A stretch of 64,000 bases of DNA, taken from Acidobacteriota bacterium. Its GTDB lineage: Bacteria; Acidobacteriota; UBA890; WLXD01. Of this stretch, positions 61,180 to 64,000 are shown one piece after another. The notes below the pieces were generated by a model. That model did not search any database and had not been told where the DNA came from. It saw only the letters and a program-made list of their open reading frames with translations. The stretch is taken from the NCBI GenBank assembly GCA_963666055.2, contig CAXWPH010000014.1:192001-256000 (forward strand), given 5' to 3'. Position 1 is the stretch's first letter. Each line of letters begins with the position of its first letter. The position numbers and the translations under genes were made by a program.

Positions 61180-62658
61180 TCAGGCGGCGCCGAGCGCGCT
61201 CATCGCCGCAGTCCGCATTCGGTCCGTGGGCGGCTGGGCGCCCATCCATATCATGTACTGTGCTGCGGCCTGCCGCAGGAACATCTCCAGGCCGGTGATC
61301 GTCGAACAGCCGCGAGCTCGCGCCTGTCGAAGCAACTCCGTTTCCAGCGGACGGTAGACCATATCCAGCACCACCTCGTCGCCTCGCAACCAGGCGGTCG
61401 GGACAGGCGATTGAGCGGTTCCATTCATCCCCACCGGGGTGGCGTTGACGATCATCTGGGCGCCGGTCGTGGCGATCTCCTCGAGGCTCGCCGCCTCGCA
61501 AGCAAGCGCTGCGGCGGCCTTGCGGGCACGCTCGATCGAGCGCCCCAGCAGGATCACGTGCGCCCCGGCTTGCTGTAGTGCGACGGCCGCGGCCGCAGCG
61601 GCGCCCCCCGCACCCAGTACCGCGACGAGCTTGTGCTCCACGGGGGCGACGGTGCTCAGTGCCTCGACGAGGGCCGCGCCGTCGGTATTGTGTCCCTCCC
61701 AGCGTCCGGCGCGTAGCACGAGTGTGTTCACCGCTTGCATGCGCTCGGCATCGGCCGAGAGCAGGTCGGCGAAGTCCGCTGCGTGGCGCTTGTACGGCAT
61801 GGTCACGCTCAGACCGACTACGTCAGCGGCAACGACCATGCGCATGACCGAGGCGAAATCGTCTCCCGGCAGCGGCAGGTAGAGCGCCTCGCACCCTTCC
61901 TGCTCGAACGCGGCATTGAACACCACCGGTGACAACGAGCGGGTGATCGGATCGCCGATGACCGCATAGCGTGCATGGGTGGAACGCCAGCGCTCGATGC
62001 GAAGCTGGCGCCGCAACAGGCGCGCGAGCCACTGTCCCGGGGCGGTCGGATGGCCAACGGGCGCCGAAGCGTACGACCAGACGCCGCCTCGAGACAGATC
62101 GATCAGCCGGCTGCCGGCGCCGGCCGGCCCCATACAGAAGCAAGTGCAGTCGATCCCGGCGGCTCGCAACGTGTCGCCCGCGGCGAGCATCGGCAGAGCG
62201 TCGTCCGGTGCCTGCGCCACAGTTACCAGCTTGGCGACGGCGGGACGCAGCTCCACAATCCGGCCAACCCGCTGGTCAACGTCACCCGGCCGAGCCTGCG
62301 TCCAATGGTGCGACAGCACGATGCGCTGGCGCGCCTCGGTCAGCACGTCCGGCGCCCACTCGGCATCGAGCTCGACATCGACATACCTTGCACCAGCGCC
62401 GAGCGCCGCGCTGATGAGCTCGCGCCGCGCCTCCTCGTCGCCGTCGAAGCCACCACCGTCGGAGCGCCGGCGGCAAGTCGCCACCACATCGACCGGCGCA
62501 CGCTCTACGACCCGGACCACATCGGCCGCGGTCACCATCGGTACGAGCGCATCCAGGCGAACCTCGACGAGATCGGCGTCTTCGAGCTGATCGTACGCAG
62601 CAAACACGTCGGCGAGCTCGGCCGCCGCCAGGCTCACGCAAATCCGTGGGCCGCTCAC
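61180..62658 (-). CDS. Bifunctional type I 3-dehydroquinate dehydratase / shikimate dehydrogenase
   Basis: ADLVEVRLD, TCRR..DGG, YVDVE, LSHH, AKL, MG..SR, APGQ; then GDPI..SLSP..N, SVTMPYK, AVNT, NTDG, GAGGAA, NATPVGM. Confidence 0.92.
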   Translation of the reverse strand: MSGPRICVSLAAAELADVFAAYDQLEDADLVEVRLDALVPMVTAADVVRVVERAPVDVVATCRRRSDGGGFDGDEEARRELISAALGAGARYVDVELDAEWAPDVLTEARQRIVLSHHWTQARPGDVDQRVGRIVELRPAVAKLVTVAQAPDDALPMLAAGDTLRAAGIDCTCFCMGPAGAGSRLIDLSRGGVWSYASAPVGHPTAPGQWLARLLRRQLRIERWRSTHARYAVIGDPITRSLSPVVFNAAFEQEGCEALYLPLPGDDFASVMRMVVAADVVGLSVTMPYKRHAADFADLLSADAERMQAVNTLVLRAGRWEGHNTDGAALVEALSTVAPVEHKLVAVLGAGGAAAAAAVALQQAGAHVILLGRSIERARKAAAALACEAASLEEIATTGAQMIVNATPVGMNGTAQSPVPTAWLRGDEVVLDMVYRPLETELLRQARARGCSTITGLEMFLRQAAAQYMIWMGAQPPTDRMRTAAMSALGAA

Positions 62659-62677
62659 TTGTTCGGCGAGCCCGCGC

Positions 62678-63484
62678 TCAGCGGCTCGCCGGCGCACAGA
62701 CCGCAACCGCGGTGGGTCTGTCGATGCTTGGCGCCTGTCCGCACAGTGGACATTCCGGATCGCGGCGCAACTGCACCGTCCGGAAGCTCATCTGCTGGGT
62801 GTCCACGAGCAGCAGACGCCCCATGAGCGCTGTCACCTGATAACCGAGTAGCTTGAGGCCTTCCGCTGCCTGGATGCTACCGACAATGCCGGCGAGCGCA
62901 CCCAGCAGGCCGGCGTCGTGGCACGGCGGCTGTTCGCTTGGCGCGCTGCGGAACACGCATCGGTAGCAGGGGGTGATCGGCGGAGCTATGACGGTGACCT
63001 GTCCTTCAAAGCGATACAGGCTGCCGGTGACCAGCGGGACCGCGGCCAGCACGCACGCATCGTTGACCACGTAACGGGTGGCGAAATTGTCGCTGCCGTC
63101 CAACACCAAGTCGTACTGGCGGACGAGCTCGAGCACGTTGGCGGCGGTAACTCGCACCGCGTGCTCTCGAATCTGTACCGAGGGGTTCTGGGCGCGGAGG
63201 CGCAGCGCCGCAACTCCCACCTTGCCGCGACCGCGATCACTGTCGTCGAAGAGCACCTGCCGCTGCAGGTTGGATACTTCGACGATGTCGTCATCAGCCA
63301 GGCCGACGGTACCAACCCCGGCGGCAACGAGATACTGGGCGATGGGACACCCGAGGCCACCCACGCCGATTACCAGGGCTCGCGCCGCCATCAGGCGGCG
63401 CTGCGACGCGACGTTGAACCCGGGAAGCTGCAGGTGAGCCTGATAGCGTTCCGTCTGCTCCGCCGAGAGCCGGTCAGGTGACAT
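62678..63484 (-). CDS. ThiF/MoeB/HesA E1-like adenylyltransferase
   Basis: IGVGGLG, SNLQRQ, DGSDNFATRY, PCYRC, CPLCG. Confidence 0.92.
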   Translation of the reverse strand: MSPDRLSAEQTERYQAHLQLPGFNVASQRRLMAARALVIGVGGLGCPIAQYLVAAGVGTVGLADDDIVEVSNLQRQVLFDDSDRGRGKVGVAALRLRAQNPSVQIREHAVRVTAANVLELVRQYDLVLDGSDNFATRYVVNDACVLAAVPLVTGSLYRFEGQVTVIAPPITPCYRCVFRSAPSEQPPCHDAGLLGALAGIVGSIQAAEGLKLLGYQVTALMGRLLLVDTQQMSFRTVQLRRDPECPLCGQAPSIDRPTAVAVCAPASR

Positions 63485-64000
63485 GGCTTCCCTCGGACAC
63501 CTGCCAACGGATCGGCTGGCGGCTCTTGTAGTGCTCCGGTTCGATCTGCACGGTTGTGTGGTCGATCTCGAAACGCTCCCGCACCACCAGTCGGACCGCG
63601 TCCAGGATCCCTTCGCACTCGACCAGCCGCTCGCGCTTGACTTCGACGTGGCAAGAGAGGGCGTTGACTCCCGATGTCAGACTCCAGATATGTAGATCGT
63701 GCACGCCCTCAACGCCGTCGAGCGCCGAGATCGCCCCCTCCACCTCGCTGTACTCGATGCCGGCTGGCATGGCTTCCAGCAGCACGTCGACCGACTCGCG
63801 CAACACCCGCCAGGCGCCGACCACGATGACGGCCGCGATAAGCACCGATAACGCCGGGTCGATCCAGTAGGCGCCGGTGCCAAGCATCACCATGCCACCG
63901 ACAACAACGGCAACAGACGACAACAGGTCGCCGAGCACGTGGAGGTAGGCGCTGCGGAGGTTGAGGCTGTGGGTGTGGCCTGACAGGAAGAACAGCCCGA
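63474..64000 (-). CDS. Cation diffusion facilitator (CzcD-like), 5' part outside the window
   Basis: NLRSAYLHVLGDLL.S, DP.LS, LLEA.P, VHDLHIWSL, HTTVQIE. Confidence 0.9.
   Translation of the reverse strand, partial: GLFFLSGHTHSLNLRSAYLHVLGDLLSSVAVVVGGMVMLGTGAYWIDPALSVLIAAVIVVGAWRVLRESVDVLLEAMPAGIEYSEVEGAISALDGVEGVHDLHIWSLTSGVNALSCHVEVKRERLVECEGILDAVRLVVRERFEIDHTTVQIEPEHYKSRQPIRWQVSEGSHVT

Noticed and set aside
62678-63484. ThiF/E1-like gene as part of a RiPP or defence system
   Set aside because: Ordinary MoeB/ThiF motifs in a housekeeping context with no E2, JAB or precursor partner

Overview
GC-rich bacterial chromosome segment. Gene content is consistent with an Acidobacteriota-like Gram-negative organism, but that is inference. 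Most of it is housekeeping: secD-yajC-tgt-thiL-cca-nrdR; folD-coaE; a KDO/LPS block with lapB, kdsC/D/A/B and pyrG; ispB, lolA, metG, nth, glyQS, manC and PMM; an OSBS/NSAR + GNAT pair; an M16 protease pair; sucCD; bioY; and a trp/aro supra-operon. Three non-routine things stand out. (1) A compact bacterial microcompartment operon (6.7-8.6 kb): class II aldolase with an encapsulation peptide, one BMC-H and three BMC-P. (2) A ~9.9 kb decayed integrative island (18041-27932) bounded by a perfect 17-bp direct repeat that spans the start codon of a lipid kinase gene. It carries an integrase arm-domain remnant, a deleted polysaccharide locus and a three-gene RiPP-like cassette: HPr-kinase-like enzyme, RRE/PqqD fused to a Tat-like leader and 8-Cys core, and a nucleotidyltransferase. 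This cassette is my best candidate for an undescribed system. (3) Two families of TA/CTAG-targeting MITE-like repeats at gene junctions. There is also a candidate Trp/Tyr-rich leader peptide before trpE. Several frameshifts may be sequencing errors. No tRNA, rRNA or CRISPR array was seen.
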